From Phyllosticta citribraziliensis (Eukaryota): a stretch of 64,000 nt of DNA. The translations under genes were made by a program, and so were the position numbers. The notes under the pieces were generated by a model. The model ran no database searches. It was not told the origin of the DNA and saw only the letters and a list, made by a program, of their open reading frames with translations. Where the stretch lies: contig NW_027117350.1 in the NCBI RefSeq assembly GCF_038025025.1, positions 434,001 to 498,000 on the forward strand. The letters are read 5' to 3'. Positions 50,031-61,503 of the stretch are shown here, in pieces (the stretch's first letter is position 1; each line of letters opens with the position of its first letter).

Positions 50031-51673
50031 TCACAACCAGAAGTTATCTCGCGCTTCAATCCTGGCACAACGAAAATGGTGTGCGTCATGTTGAATCTTC
50101 AGGATCTTTGGAATTCGAACTTCGAGCTCCATCGCTGGGCACATCATTTCCACGGAATAGGTCGTGCCATCGGAGAACAACCCCGGCCAGAGAGTGTCTC
50201 TTACCGAGATCATTATGGTCTCTGAGCTTAGCTTTGTGGTTTCCCTCGCTGAATACCTCAAAGCATCGAGAACAGGCCGTGCCTTCTGGGAGCGACTTCT
50301 TTGGCTTTGTGGTCTTGAGCTCTGACAACCGTAGCCGATGACCTGCCCGTATGCACCCGGAATTTTCCGTTTGGGCAGTCTATCAGTCGGGGCGAGAACT
50401 CGCTTGCAATGGTCGTTGGGGCATCGGGTGCCTTCGGGAAGGGCGAAGTCTGATTCCAGCTGCTTTTGGTGGCAGCATGTGACGCATATCTTATTGCCAT
50501 CCTCAGTGCGACCACGGACCAAGACTCGCTCTGAGTCTGACAACTTCTTCGAACATTGGCCGCAGAATTCTTCGTCTTCACTCTCCGCTATTGCCTTCAT
50601 ATCTTCTTTCCGCTTGAGGTTGTTGGCGCATGGTTCGCAGACGTGGTATCCCCTGGTCTTAGACCATCGGGCGGGCCTCGTTGCCTCTGAGTACTCAAGC
50701 TTGTGCCGCTGAATTCGTACCATCAGGTACTTGCAGTCTGGTTCTGGGCAGGGTACCACGATCCCAGCGGCAATGGACATGTGCTGCTGGATATTTCCTA
50801 TGGGTCGGACTTCGTGGTGGTGGGTGAAGAAGGATTTGCACGCTTGGCACCAAATGGATCCTAGGCTCCGAGGGTTCCAGGCTGCTCTCTTTTCAACAGC
50901 CATGCCACAGTGCTTACAGCCAAGCTCTATACCCTTCATACGGAACGGCTGTCGCAAGCACCAAACCATGTTCGTGCCCTGCGCGATTGGCATTCCAACC
51001 TCTTCCGGGATGCATCTGTCAAACATGTCGAGCATCTCCTGCGAAATGTGCGGGCCACGGGTGCCGAAGTCGCGTAGACTTTGCAAGTAGATCATAAAGA
51101 TGCCCTCAGCAAGCAACATGACGATTGGTGATGGGAGGCTGTCTGGCTTAAACACCAAAAGAGGACGGATGCTGGCATGACATCCAGCAGTAGCGAGTAT
51201 ACTCTGGTGTACGCCCTTTTCGGCAGGCTTGCCCGTCCTTAGAACCTCATCATAGGTCAACCATCTAATGGCGAAGCACTTTGCTGATCCGGTGTAATTG
51301 AAATTCTTTTCTCCAATGTGTGTCGACAAACGCAGGAGATCAACATAGATTCCACCATTTCGCGTGTCGCACGGGTTGATCTGGAGAAGGTCTTCAAACG
51401 TAAACCCGGCCTTCCTAGGAGTACGTGGACATCTTCTGGCGCGTGGGTCGTGATGAACTCTACCACTTCTGATAGCTTGTCGTGGTGGTGGATTGAGCCG
51501 AGGAGTGCGTGTATGGCGTGGGAGATAGCCTTGCCAGGCATGTAGTCAACCCCATGCACGCAGAGGCGGGAGACAAGGTCGCCAGTATTGGTCTTAAAGG
51601 TTGCTTTACGCGCGGTGGTTTCAGTGGCAGTGGGTGATGATGAGAAGTCCATGTGCTGGCCGATGTCGATCAT
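50031..51673 (-). pseudogene. GIY-YIG-nuclease-like, multi-zinc-finger gene split by frameshifts (pseudogene or recoded)
   Basis: GGIYVD...YTGSAKCFAIRW, several CxxC pairs, and frame changes near 51404 and 50325. Confidence 0.55.
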
Positions 51674-52611
51674 AGTCGCCGAGACCTCTTTGCCATTCCG
51701 GCAACAATGGATCTGTGCTGCTGAATGTTGTTCCTTGGTCTGGCCTCCTAGTGGTGGGCCGACTCTTACACCTTCGCACGTGGGCCCAAGACTTGCAGGT
51801 GGGATGGAGCGTTCGCAAGGCCGCAGCGCGCTGCCGTTGGGGCCCTGGGCGAGCTTGCTGGTGCTTGGCTGGGGCACAGCTTTCGCACGCCGCTCGAAGG
51901 CGTGCACTGCGACGGGACGAAGCGTCTTGGCCGGCGGATAGGAAGCGGTGACCAGAAAGAAAGCTGCCCGCGGGCGAACGAATGCTCCCTGGACCCTGTC
52001 AGCGTTCCATTCGGGAGCGGTATGAATGCTCCTTGTCGCCGCGTTGCCGTTCCTTGACGCCAAGGTCAGGGTCTTGCCGGCGCCTGGGCATGATGAAGAG
52101 CGAGCTCTGATGCGTTTGGGGCGGCTTTGGCGAGGAAAATAATGCTGCGAGTGAGAGCGGAGGGGACGTGGCCGCGTCGAAGCGCGTTCGTAGCGACAGG
52201 CGCAAAATGAGCGAGAAGAGACGGAGGGTTGTGTGTTGGAAGTGGGGGGAGGGCAAGGCAAGGCAAACGGGCGATGTGGGCACCAAGCGAGTCTAACCGC
52301 ATCAAGTAAGAAGGTAGCGGGATGCGAAGCGGCATCCCAAACAGGAAGGTGTGGTCAAGTTTCGAATATCGGCATACCGAAAGACGAGAGCCAGGCTCAG
52401 ATTGTGACAAAGAGCGTCTCGCAACATGAATTGAAACTAAGTGAGGAGTTACAAGTGCTATTACACGAAAACATGACTTGTAGGACAGGGTTTTGGGGGA
52501 CTTGCGCGCACCACAACGCCACTTCATCGTCTCTTTGGATATCGTTCAAACCACTCTCTCTTCTTTTCCCTTCGTAACATTGCAATCTTGCGTTCCTTTT
52601 CCTTGGTGTTG

Positions 52612-54609
52612 TCACTGCGTGTTCGGTATCATTGGTGCGCCAATTGGAGCCGCGCCATACCAAGCGACCGCTGCCATGCCCAAAAAGGCGGCAATACAGC
52701 TGAAGACGAGAGCAACGATGCCCTTTGTTGTGAAGCCGGCTGGCAATGGATCCACCGACCTGTTTTCGCCAGTCAAGTCGAACAGATCCACTGTGTTTCC
52801 GGCCGCGTTGCCGGCAGTAAGCTCGCCGCTGGCCTTGCAGACGTCGTAGTGGTTTTGTGGGATCTTTACTGTTTCTTGGATGGCAAGTGGCGCTTCGACG
52901 AATGTCATCGCTAAACCAGCGTCGAGGTGAAAATTTAAATGGCAATGAACTGTTCGAAGCTCAGCACGATAAAAGAAGTTATATTATGGTGGGCGGGGTG
53001 AGATAGGGGGGTCAGGGGGACTTACAAAGCCAAACGCCGGGATTATCGGCCTTGAAGCGGATCAAGAAGTTACCGGTCGGCCGCGCCATGAAAGTGTCTC
53101 TCCGCATCGGGACCGCGGGAAAGGATGTCGTGTTTGTCGAGTTGAAAAACCCTTCGTCGTCCGGGCTGCGGTACAAGACTTGGAAGTTGTGGCCGTGGAG
53201 ATGGAAAGGATGTTTACCCGTATCCATGTTGTTGAGGACGACGTCAATCACCTGGTCCTTCAAGAGGACGTAAGAGTTGGTGTCGCGACCGTAGATGACG
53301 GGGTTGGTGGCCGCCGAGCCAGAGCTGAGGACCGAGTAGAGGGTGGGCACTTTCTGCGCCGTGTACGTAATGTCGTTGAAGAAAGCACTGCATATGTCAG
53401 CTTCCGATCGGTCCATGGCAATGGTAGGCTCACTAGTTGGCTCCATCTCCCAGATTGTTCATGCTCATGTTCAACACAATCACTTGGTCCGGGTTCTCGT
53501 AGAGTGCAATACCATCAGTCGGTTCGAGGTCAAAGTCGTCGTATGGATCGAATGTGTCGAGAACGTACGGCTGCGGCCGGTGCCCGTTTTTGTCATATAC
53601 CAAAAAGCCAGTCACATTGTAATTCAGGTCGGACGGAATCGCGTCGAAAAGATCCTATTTTTGTCAGCTTCCGGGCAAGAGTTGAAGGGTCGATGACAGT
53701 GCCAGCGAGGAACATACCGTGTCCATACTGCCGACCATTGGATAGTTTTTGGTCGTATCGTTCTTCATCGTCACAAGTACGCTATAGCGTTGAGCACTGG
53801 TAAGGTAAATCATTTTCGTCTCAGCAGGTTTCGTCCAGACGCCGTCGACCTCGACGATTGTCAAATTGTGGCCTTCGATCCAAAAGTATTGACTTGCAAA
53901 TGCGCCAATATTGACAAGGCGCAAAAGGTAAGTCTTTCCGGGCTGTACCGGAAGTTCGAAATTCTGCGTTTCATTCATAAGTGCAGAGTTGGGAACCGGC
54001 TCAGCACCGGTTGGATTGCTGACGCTAATGAAGTCTTTCAGTAGACCGGGCATCTGATCATGGTACCAATCAGATAAGGTGACGACAAGCTCTTCGTCAT
54101 ACTGGCCACGGTATGGATTTTCTGGATCAGTGATGATGAGAGCTTGTCTGAGACCGTCTGGATATTGTCCTCGACTGTGAGAATGGTACCAGTAGAGACC
54201 CGATTGTTCCAACTGCAATCATTTAGCAACAGGAGCACCGTTTTCCTCTTTGCGTCCTTACCGTAAAGTTGTACGTGAAGGTTGACCCTGGCGATATTTC
54301 GCACTGAACCACGTGCGGTGGACCATCCATGTCATTGGTTCCACGGTGGAAGAAACCATGCCAGTGAATTGATGTAGACTCGTTTCCAAGACCATTGTAG
54401 ACGTTGGCAATAACACGGTCACCTTTGGTCAAGTTGAGCACCGGGAGCGGCCATTGGCCATTGATGCCAATGACTGGCCGCTCCAGCATGCCATCGGGGT
54501 TCGCAGTGGTCCATGTAATGTTCCAGTCGTAGATGACAGTATCAGCATTGACGACGAAGCCATGGAAGAAGAGCGCAAGCGAGGCGACTGCGAGCTTGAA
54601 GAACGCCAT
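52612..54609 (-). CDS. FET3: Multicopper ferroxidase Fet3/FetC
   Basis: Signal peptide, [31 protein letters not shown] and a C-terminal TM after [10 protein letters not shown]. Four introns. Confidence 0.95.
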
Positions 54610-55075
54610 GAGGCCAGCACTGAGCTGAATTGAGGGGGATATGGATCGATGATTATCTACGGCAGCACAGGCAGAGATGCGATAGATAAGATCGAGGGGA
54701 CAAGATGGTCACTGGATCTAGGTTTTAAAGCGGTGCGATTATCGGCAAAGGTGTGCGCCAAAAAGCTTAATGGACCAGTGACTGCTGCAAGCGGTAGTGC
54801 AGCCAGGGTCCGTCGACGTCGTACCGACCACTGATGACCACACGGCGTTGTCCGGCGGGGCTTCAGCTCAGTATCGCGCCATTTTTTGGCAGGTCTGGCC
54901 CTGCTATTCCATGAGTATGGTTCGCCCGCAAGCTAGTTCCCGATGCCGGCTTTTGCTGTCGAGGTCAAGGGCTTTCCCGCATGTCAAGTCTGGCTTTACT
55001 TATCTGATCCTCTGCATCCCATCCTCTCCGGAAACCAAAACTTTTTGCCTTCCGGATCGCACAAGTAGATCAACA
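54610..55075. promoter_or_regulatory. Bidirectional FET3/FTR1 promoter with GATA sites
   Basis: ATCAGATAA on the minus strand at 55000-55008; further GATAA sites at about 54653, 54684 and 54739. Confidence 0.75.
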
Positions 55076-56304
55076 ATGACGGTCAACGTTTTTGCAGTTT
55101 CCGGTGCGTTGCCCATGCCACGAGTTGAGGATTTGCTCAGTATTGACAACTGCAGTCTTCTTCATCGTCTTTCGAGAATGCCTCGAGACCAGCATCATTG
55201 TGTCGGTCTTGCTGGCCTTCTTGAAGCAGACCTTGGGCAAAGAGGGTGAGGCTGCGGCGTATAGATCGCTCTTACGACAGGTAATTCCCCCCAAATAGAC
55301 CACTTAGGACAAAGTTGACACTTTCAGGTCTGGGCAGGAGTGGGCCTCGGGTTCATCATCTGTCTTTGTATCGGAGCTGGCATGATTGGCGCTTGGTACA
55401 CAGTCGGCAGAAACCACTTTGCCAAGACAGAGGACATCTGGGAGGGCACATTCGGACTGCTTGCTTCCGTCATCATCTCCATCATGGGCGCAGCTCTGCT
55501 TCGAGTCAACAAGATGCAAGAAAAGTGGCGGGTCAAGCTGCAAAAGTCTTTTGAGGCAAGAACGGCAGCCACCGACACCTCCTCTGGCTTCAAGCGTTGG
55601 TGCGAGAAATACGCCATGTTTCTCTTACCTTTTGTCACAGTCCTGCGAGAGGGTCTCGAGGCCGTCGTTTACATTGGTGGAGTGGCTCTTGGACTGCCCG
55701 CTTCGTCGTTCCCATTGGCCGTCATTTGTGGAATAGGAGCCGGCTGTGCCATTGGATACCTCCTTTACCGGTATGTTGGCAAACATTCGCTCTGGCGTTA
55801 CTAACCAGTGATAGGTCTGGCAATTCGACTTCGCTTCAGCTTTTCTTGATCATCTCGACCTGTGCGCTGTACCTCGTCGCCGCTGGTCTGTTCTCGAAAG
55901 CCGTGTGGTATTTCGAGAATGACAAGTGGAACAAAGTCATCGGCGGCGACGCGTCAGAAACAGGATCCGGTGCTGGGTCGTATGATATCCGGAAGAGCGT
56001 GTGGCACGTCAACTGCTGCAACCCCTCAATCAACGGAGGTGGCGGCTGGGGCATCTTCAACTCCATTTTTGGGTGGCAGAATTCGGCGACCTATGGCTCC
56101 GTGATTTCGTACAACCTCTACTGGCTGGTCATCATCATCGTTTTCGTAACGATGCGCTTCAAAGAAAAATCAGGCGACAAGGGAAGCCAAAAAGGAAGCC
56201 AGGACAGTGGATCCGACCACTTTGAGCGCAAAGAAGGCGTCGTTGAAGAGGTGCACGGCAAGATACCCGATGTCGCTCCCCAAGTCAAGGAGCTTGGTGT
56301 TTGA
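55076..56304 (+). CDS. FTR1: High-affinity iron permease Ftr1/FtrA
   Basis: Two RExxE motifs (FRECLE, LREGLE), HVNCCNP and [10 protein letters not shown]. Three introns. Confidence 0.96.
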
Positions 56305-56723
56305 ATCGAGCCGGGAAACAGATTGACAGAATCGGTACTCTTCGGAGCGCGGCGGAAGCCTGACTCTATGACGATGCGAACAGGCAAAATCTCACATCTT
56401 GATCAAGCGGGGAGTGATCTGACGGGCTTGGTAATGTATCTTGACTAGTTTGTATTCCTTTGCGGTTCCTATACGGTAGCTGTATGGCGGAGGAAGTTGC
56501 AGCGTCGCGCACATGGGCTTGCGCTATCGACGTGATTGAATCATCTCTCGAAGGAAAAAGTTTCTTTTTCTGTATGCATCTTTGAACAAGATTCACAGAT
56601 GCGATAGATATGGGCATCAGTCCAATCAAGTGATGATTCCCCCGCCGAATGAATCGCCTTGGCCGATTGTTTGACCTCCAAGGTCATGAGCTCTCCAGCC
56701 AATCGCATGCCGTTCCGACCATT

Positions 56724-57370
56724 TCACGAGTCGGGCTTCGGCTGGCCATTCTGCTCTCCAATGTCCAAAGCCACCAGAAAGCGGCTGACGCAGTTGTAAG
56801 CAGCCACAGTCGCGGTTATCTCGACGATCTCCCGGTCGGTGAAATGGGCCTTGAGCTTTTCGAAGACTGCATCTGGGACGGCCACGTCGACTGTCGAAGC
56901 GTCGGTAAAGGCCATGACAATGCGGTACTTTTCCGGAAGTTTCGAGGTAGAGCTGCTTGATGCCCCAGCGTCACGTCCAGTTGGTGGGGAGTTGAGGATT
57001 TCTTGGATGGCTTCTTCGTTCAAATCGCCAGCGTCGCGGAGAATGGGCGAGTGGGACTTCCATTCGTACCATGCCTTGTTGAGCACGGCCACGCGGCAAA
57101 TGGCCAATTCGCGGACGGACGTTGGAAGCGAGGTGCGCTGGCGAATGGCGCCAATGAAGGAATTCCTGACGGGCGACGTAAGTACGTACTTTGTGAACGA
57201 TCCGTGGGTGGTGTGGCTCACCAGCCATCTGCAACCGGGGGCGAGTGGAGCAGCGCAAGGTCGAGCTTGAGTAGACCCCTCTCCCCACGCCTCTCTTGGA
57301 CGCGATGGAGAACAGCCTGGTCGGCCGGGCTCTCAAACTCAGGCGGGTTGGAGACGTAGGGCAAACGCAT
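56724..57370 (-). CDS. Carboxymuconolactone decarboxylase/AhpD-like protein
   Basis: MRLPY...LDLALLHSPPVADGW|NSF, RELAICRVAVLN.AWYEW..H and VAAYNCVSRFLVAL. Intron 57166-57221. Confidence 0.9.
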
Positions 57371-57596
57371 CATGGAGGAATCAATGGATGGAGATGGGAG
57401 AAGTGCAGCGCAAACGAGGCTGAGGTTGTAAAAGGACTTTGGAGCCGCATAGCCGACGGTGAGTCAAGGGAGTGTGAGTGGATGAGGTGCAGTGGGGGAG
57501 CTGGGGGAGCTGGGCGGGGTGACCGCCTTTGGAGACAGACCCTTGTCGGCTCTCTCTGCCCAAGTCGTTTCATCCCGTCCTCCCGTCCCACCAACC

Positions 57597-58700
57597 ATGG
57601 CCCCCGCCGGCAAACCGCCCGCCAGGGGACTAAAGCAACCCTCCAAGTCCAAGAAGGAAGGTGGCCGTCCCGCCTCCAAGCACCAGGACAAGACAAAACA
57701 TCCATCCATATCGTCCCCGAAGACTGGCGAATCTGTAGCAAAGTCTGCGCTCGGCTCGCTGCAATCTCTGCTCAACACTTTTCGCAATGCCTTTGAAGAG
57801 CGTTTGGCCTCTGATGTCAAGCCGCTGCTGCAACAGGTGAAACAGCATCTTTACAACAGGGATTTCCTTGAAGCCTTTGGCAGGGACGACTACCTCGAGG
57901 CATATGCGGTGCGATGGAGCCCCAGCAGAGCGCTGGGCTACGCGCAGATTTTTGAAGACCTGCAAGACCGCCTCCTCCAGAGAGCCCCAGGAACCAAGGA
58001 CGCGGTCGATTCTTTCCGCGTCGTCTGTCTCGGTGGAGGCGCTGGAGCTGAAATCGTAGGCCTCGCTGGATTTTCCCACCATCTCATCGAGGAGAGCAAC
58101 AATGGACCAATATCACGCATGGACGTCACCGCGATTGATATTGCCAACTGGTCGTCGGTCGTCACAAGCCTGCAGGCCGCCATCACGAGCCCACCTCCGC
58201 TTTCCAAATACGCGTCTGCAGCAGCGAAAGAGGCCAACAAGGAGCTGCTGACGCCCGAGGCCTTTCACACCAGGTTCCTGCAGCAAGACGTCCTCTCCAT
58301 GGACCCGGAAAAACTCTCGGTGGAGCTCAGGGATGCAACGCTGGTGACCATCATGTTCACCCTGAACGAGCTCTACACGGCATCCATGGCAAAGACGCAG
58401 CGGTTCCTGCTGATGCTGACCGAGACGCTAGCCCCCGGGGCACAGCTGCTCGTCGTCGACAGCCCGGGGAGCTACTCGACCGTGACGCTCAACGGCGCAG
58501 AGAAGAAGTATCCGATGCACTGGATCCTGGACCACACGCTCCTGTCGACGACGCAGGCGCCCAAGTGGGAAAAGACGCTCGAGGACGAGTCGCGCTGGTT
58601 CCGGCTGCCCGAGGGATTGAAGTACCCGATTGAGCTGGAGAACATGCGCTATCAGATCCACCTGTACAAGAGGCTCCCTCAAGCGGCGGCGGTCCCTTGA
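57597..58700 (+). CDS. BMT6: 25S rRNA uridine-N3 methyltransferase Bmt6-like (DUF3115)
   Basis: AYAVRWSPSRALGY, CLGGGAGAE, MFTLNEL, VDSPGSYS and LENMRYQ. Confidence 0.85.
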   Translation: MAPAGKPPARGLKQPSKSKKEGGRPASKHQDKTKHPSISSPKTGESVAKSALGSLQSLLNTFRNAFEERLASDVKPLLQQVKQHLYNRDFLEAFGRDDYLEAYAVRWSPSRALGYAQIFEDLQDRLLQRAPGTKDAVDSFRVVCLGGGAGAEIVGLAGFSHHLIEESNNGPISRMDVTAIDIANWSSVVTSLQAAITSPPPLSKYASAAAKEANKELLTPEAFHTRFLQQDVLSMDPEKLSVELRDATLVTIMFTLNELYTASMAKTQRFLLMLTETLAPGAQLLVVDSPGSYSTVTLNGAEKKYPMHWILDHTLLSTTQAPKWEKTLEDESRWFRLPEGLKYPIELENMRYQIHLYKRLPQAAAVP

Positions 58701-59605
58701 AGTTACCGGATCGAACAGACAAGATGCAGTCATGGTTTGCGACGGGCAGGACAACAGCAAGGAGGAAACGACGGCGCCTTGCGGTTGACATGAGGTGGCT
58801 GTTGGCACATACCTATGGACCACCTCAGTCACTCTCTGGTCACTGAGTCATACGGATCTCGGCCGGCAGCAACCGCCGCTTCCTTCCCTCACCTCCGCAT
58901 ACGCGTACCTGCATAGGTCGGCCAAGGACTCACGATGCTTCCCCCGGTCCACGTGAGCGATCGCTCATAGGCCCCCGCCGGGCGATCGCTGCGCCCCATC
59001 CGTCCAGCCTCAGCCTCAGGGCAACCCAAAGCAGCAAACCCCGAAATGACGACATCAACTTGCGCAACTGCAATCGACCGCAAAACCCCCCAAACCACTC
59101 TCTTTGACCGGCCACCTTGGTGTCCGCCAGAACGACCTGTCGAGGCGGAGGCGGCCCCGGCGTGTGTCACGAGGGCCCCGTCTTCGCCTAGTTTACCGCA
59201 GTTTACTCGTTAACTTGCTCTCCCTTTCCATCTGCGCACTCACCGCCTTCCACGATGTCGTCTGCGCCAGGATGCGCTGTTGTCGCAAACGCCGTGGGCT
59301 GGGGGGTGGACGGGCGCCGCGACTTCCTGGCGTTTGGCTTTCTGGCAGGGCTGTGAGGTGGACTCAATTGATGGGGGGGTACTTAGACGCGCTCATAATG
59401 TGAACGACGACAATCTTCTCTTCTTCTCCATCTCAGACTCAGACACTCAAACTCAGAGTGCTGCGTCTTGTCGTCCGCTCAAGCACTCAACGGCAACCCG
59501 CTCTTGTACTCACTGAAACCCTGTGTCTTTGCCTTTTCCACGCCTCGTTCGATTTTCCTTCACTCAAAGCCTCATTCCACGATTCCGCTCCATTCAAACA
59601 TCAAG

Positions 59606-61420
59606 ATGGAGCAGATGGGTCCTCCCAATAGCCGGCGCGATCGCTCTACCAGCTTTATCTTGCCACCAGCACGTTCGACTCCTGATCCACTGGAAAATCC
59701 AGCCAGCCCGTCGCCACGCCCGTACCACATCGAGCGACTCAGAGACGTCTACGAAAACCTCTCCTGCACCAACGAAGACACCGACACCACAGCCGACGCC
59801 ATCGCACTGGACGATCTCAACGCCAGTCAACCCGCCCCAGCTGGACCATGCACGAACGACTCGAGCACGAGCACCAATGCCAGAAACAGCTCGGAGGCCA
59901 CGGGGACCAGCACGTCCATCCGCTCCCGCATCGGCCGCCTCTTCGCGCAAGTCCAGCCCAGCTCTCAATCAACTTCGCGCCTGCGCCTCCTCCCCAACAT
60001 CTCCATCTCGCGCCTCTCATTCCTGCGCCGCGACCGCGGCTCGTCGTCGTCAACGTCAATGCCGAACACGCGTATTGTCTACTCATCTGACGGCAGAGCT
60101 CTTTTCGAGTACGACCCGTACACCGTGCGTGGCACGACGCCTCCGCTGGCCGGCCCATTCGACTTTTCGCTCACCAGCCAGGAGAGTAGATTTTGGCGCC
60201 CAGGCCAGGGGGAGCAGCGGCGGCTCCGTGCCGGCAGCGAGGGTAGCCAGTGGAGGTCGCAGAGGTCGCCGAATCCAGGCGTGGGACCGGCGCGTGATGA
60301 TGGCGGTCTGTCCAGCTACGGGTATGAGAGGGAGTACGGACGCGGGTACGCGTACGGGCAAGGGCAACGGCGAGGCGAATGGGGAACAGCAGCGGCAGCA
60401 GCAGCGCAGAGAGAGAGGGAGCCCAATGCAGACTCCAGTTCGAGGCCTCGCGGTGAAAGCGGGAGCGGGAGCGTACAGATGCAGTCGCCGCCACGCATCC
60501 ATGGCCCGGCACCGCGTCGTCGGCGCGCCGATTCCACGATGACGACAGCGATGATCAATGAGGAGTCCAGGTCCGGGGAGCAGCCTCATGCGTCGTCGAG
60601 CCACGTGCCCAACCGCAGCCGCAGCGTGATTCCAAGTCCCAGTTCCTCCGTGTACTCGGATGGGAGTGGCAGTGTCGACGACACGTGCTCTTCCATGGGC
60701 TGCCCGTGCTGTTCGCGGCGCAACGACGACGAGGAGGCCGACAAGGCTGACCGCGCCAACAATGACGACACAGGAGGTCCGATGGTGCTCGACGGGCCCG
60801 CCGACGACGACCCAACGCCATGGCCACGGGAAACACGACCCGCACCTGGCCGGACGGACTCGTACGCCTCGTCACTCGCACTGCTGCGCTGGGAGGCGTC
60901 GAAACCGGGATCGCCGTACCCGTCGCCGTTCCGCCCCGGCCTGGCGACTCTGACACTGAAGCGGCAGCGGGAGCGGCGCGAGGCGAAACAGCGTGCTCAG
61001 CAGGCCGCCGCCGAGGAAGAGAGGAAGACGAGGAGGCGGAGCGTCTCGGCCTCTGCCGCGCTGATGAGTGCCGCCGAAGAAGACGACGATGGCGCGTACG
61101 CCGCTGCGCTGGCTTCCTTGGACAACCCCAGGAGCGCCTCGGCTTCGGCTGTGCTGATGGACGGCGATGACGCAGACGACGATGGCGTTTACGCTGCGGC
61201 GCTTGCTAATATGCCTGTGCCTATGTTTGTGCCTCCGGAGACTGATGAGATCGTCGTGGGCGCCATCGAGGCGTTGAGGGAGGAGTACGAAGAGGGCGCG
61301 AGGAAGCAGAGGTCGCAGCGGTTGGCGAAACTGAAGCAAGACTTGCAGAACATGAAGCCTCGAGCTCGCGGTGGAGCAGACAGCAGTGCGAAGAAAAAGC
61401 TGTTCAGGATGACGTGGTGA
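59606..61420 (+). CDS. Hypothetical low-complexity Ser/Arg-rich protein
   Basis: Intronless ORF of about 604 aa; no domain recognised. Confidence 0.6.
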   Translation: MEQMGPPNSRRDRSTSFILPPARSTPDPLENPASPSPRPYHIERLRDVYENLSCTNEDTDTTADAIALDDLNASQPAPAGPCTNDSSTSTNARNSSEATGTSTSIRSRIGRLFAQVQPSSQSTSRLRLLPNISISRLSFLRRDRGSSSSTSMPNTRIVYSSDGRALFEYDPYTVRGTTPPLAGPFDFSLTSQESRFWRPGQGEQRRLRAGSEGSQWRSQRSPNPGVGPARDDGGLSSYGYEREYGRGYAYGQGQRRGEWGTAAAAAAQREREPNADSSSRPRGESGSGSVQMQSPPRIHGPAPRRRRADSTMTTAMINEESRSGEQPHASSSHVPNRSRSVIPSPSSSVYSDGSGSVDDTCSSMGCPCCSRRNDDEEADKADRANNDDTGGPMVLDGPADDDPTPWPRETRPAPGRTDSYASSLALLRWEASKPGSPYPSPFRPGLATLTLKRQRERREAKQRAQQAAAEEERKTRRRSVSASAALMSAAEEDDDGAYAAALASLDNPRSASASAVLMDGDDADDDGVYAAALANMPVPMFVPPETDEIVVGAIEALREEYEEGARKQRSQRLAKLKQDLQNMKPRARGGADSSAKKKLFRMTW

Positions 61421-61422
61421 GA

Positions 61423-61503
61423 ACGGACGACGGACGACGGGTGACGGGTGACAGGTGACGGGTGACAGGTGACGGGTGACAGGTGGCGGGTGACGGACGA
61501 CGG
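61423..61503. repeat. 7-bp microsatellite (GGTGACR / GACGGAC)
   Basis: Tandem units immediately after the stop codon. Confidence 0.9.

Noticed and set aside
44000..52500. Starship or other classical transposon
   Set aside because: No tyrosine recombinase, transposase, RT, LTRs or TIRs seen.
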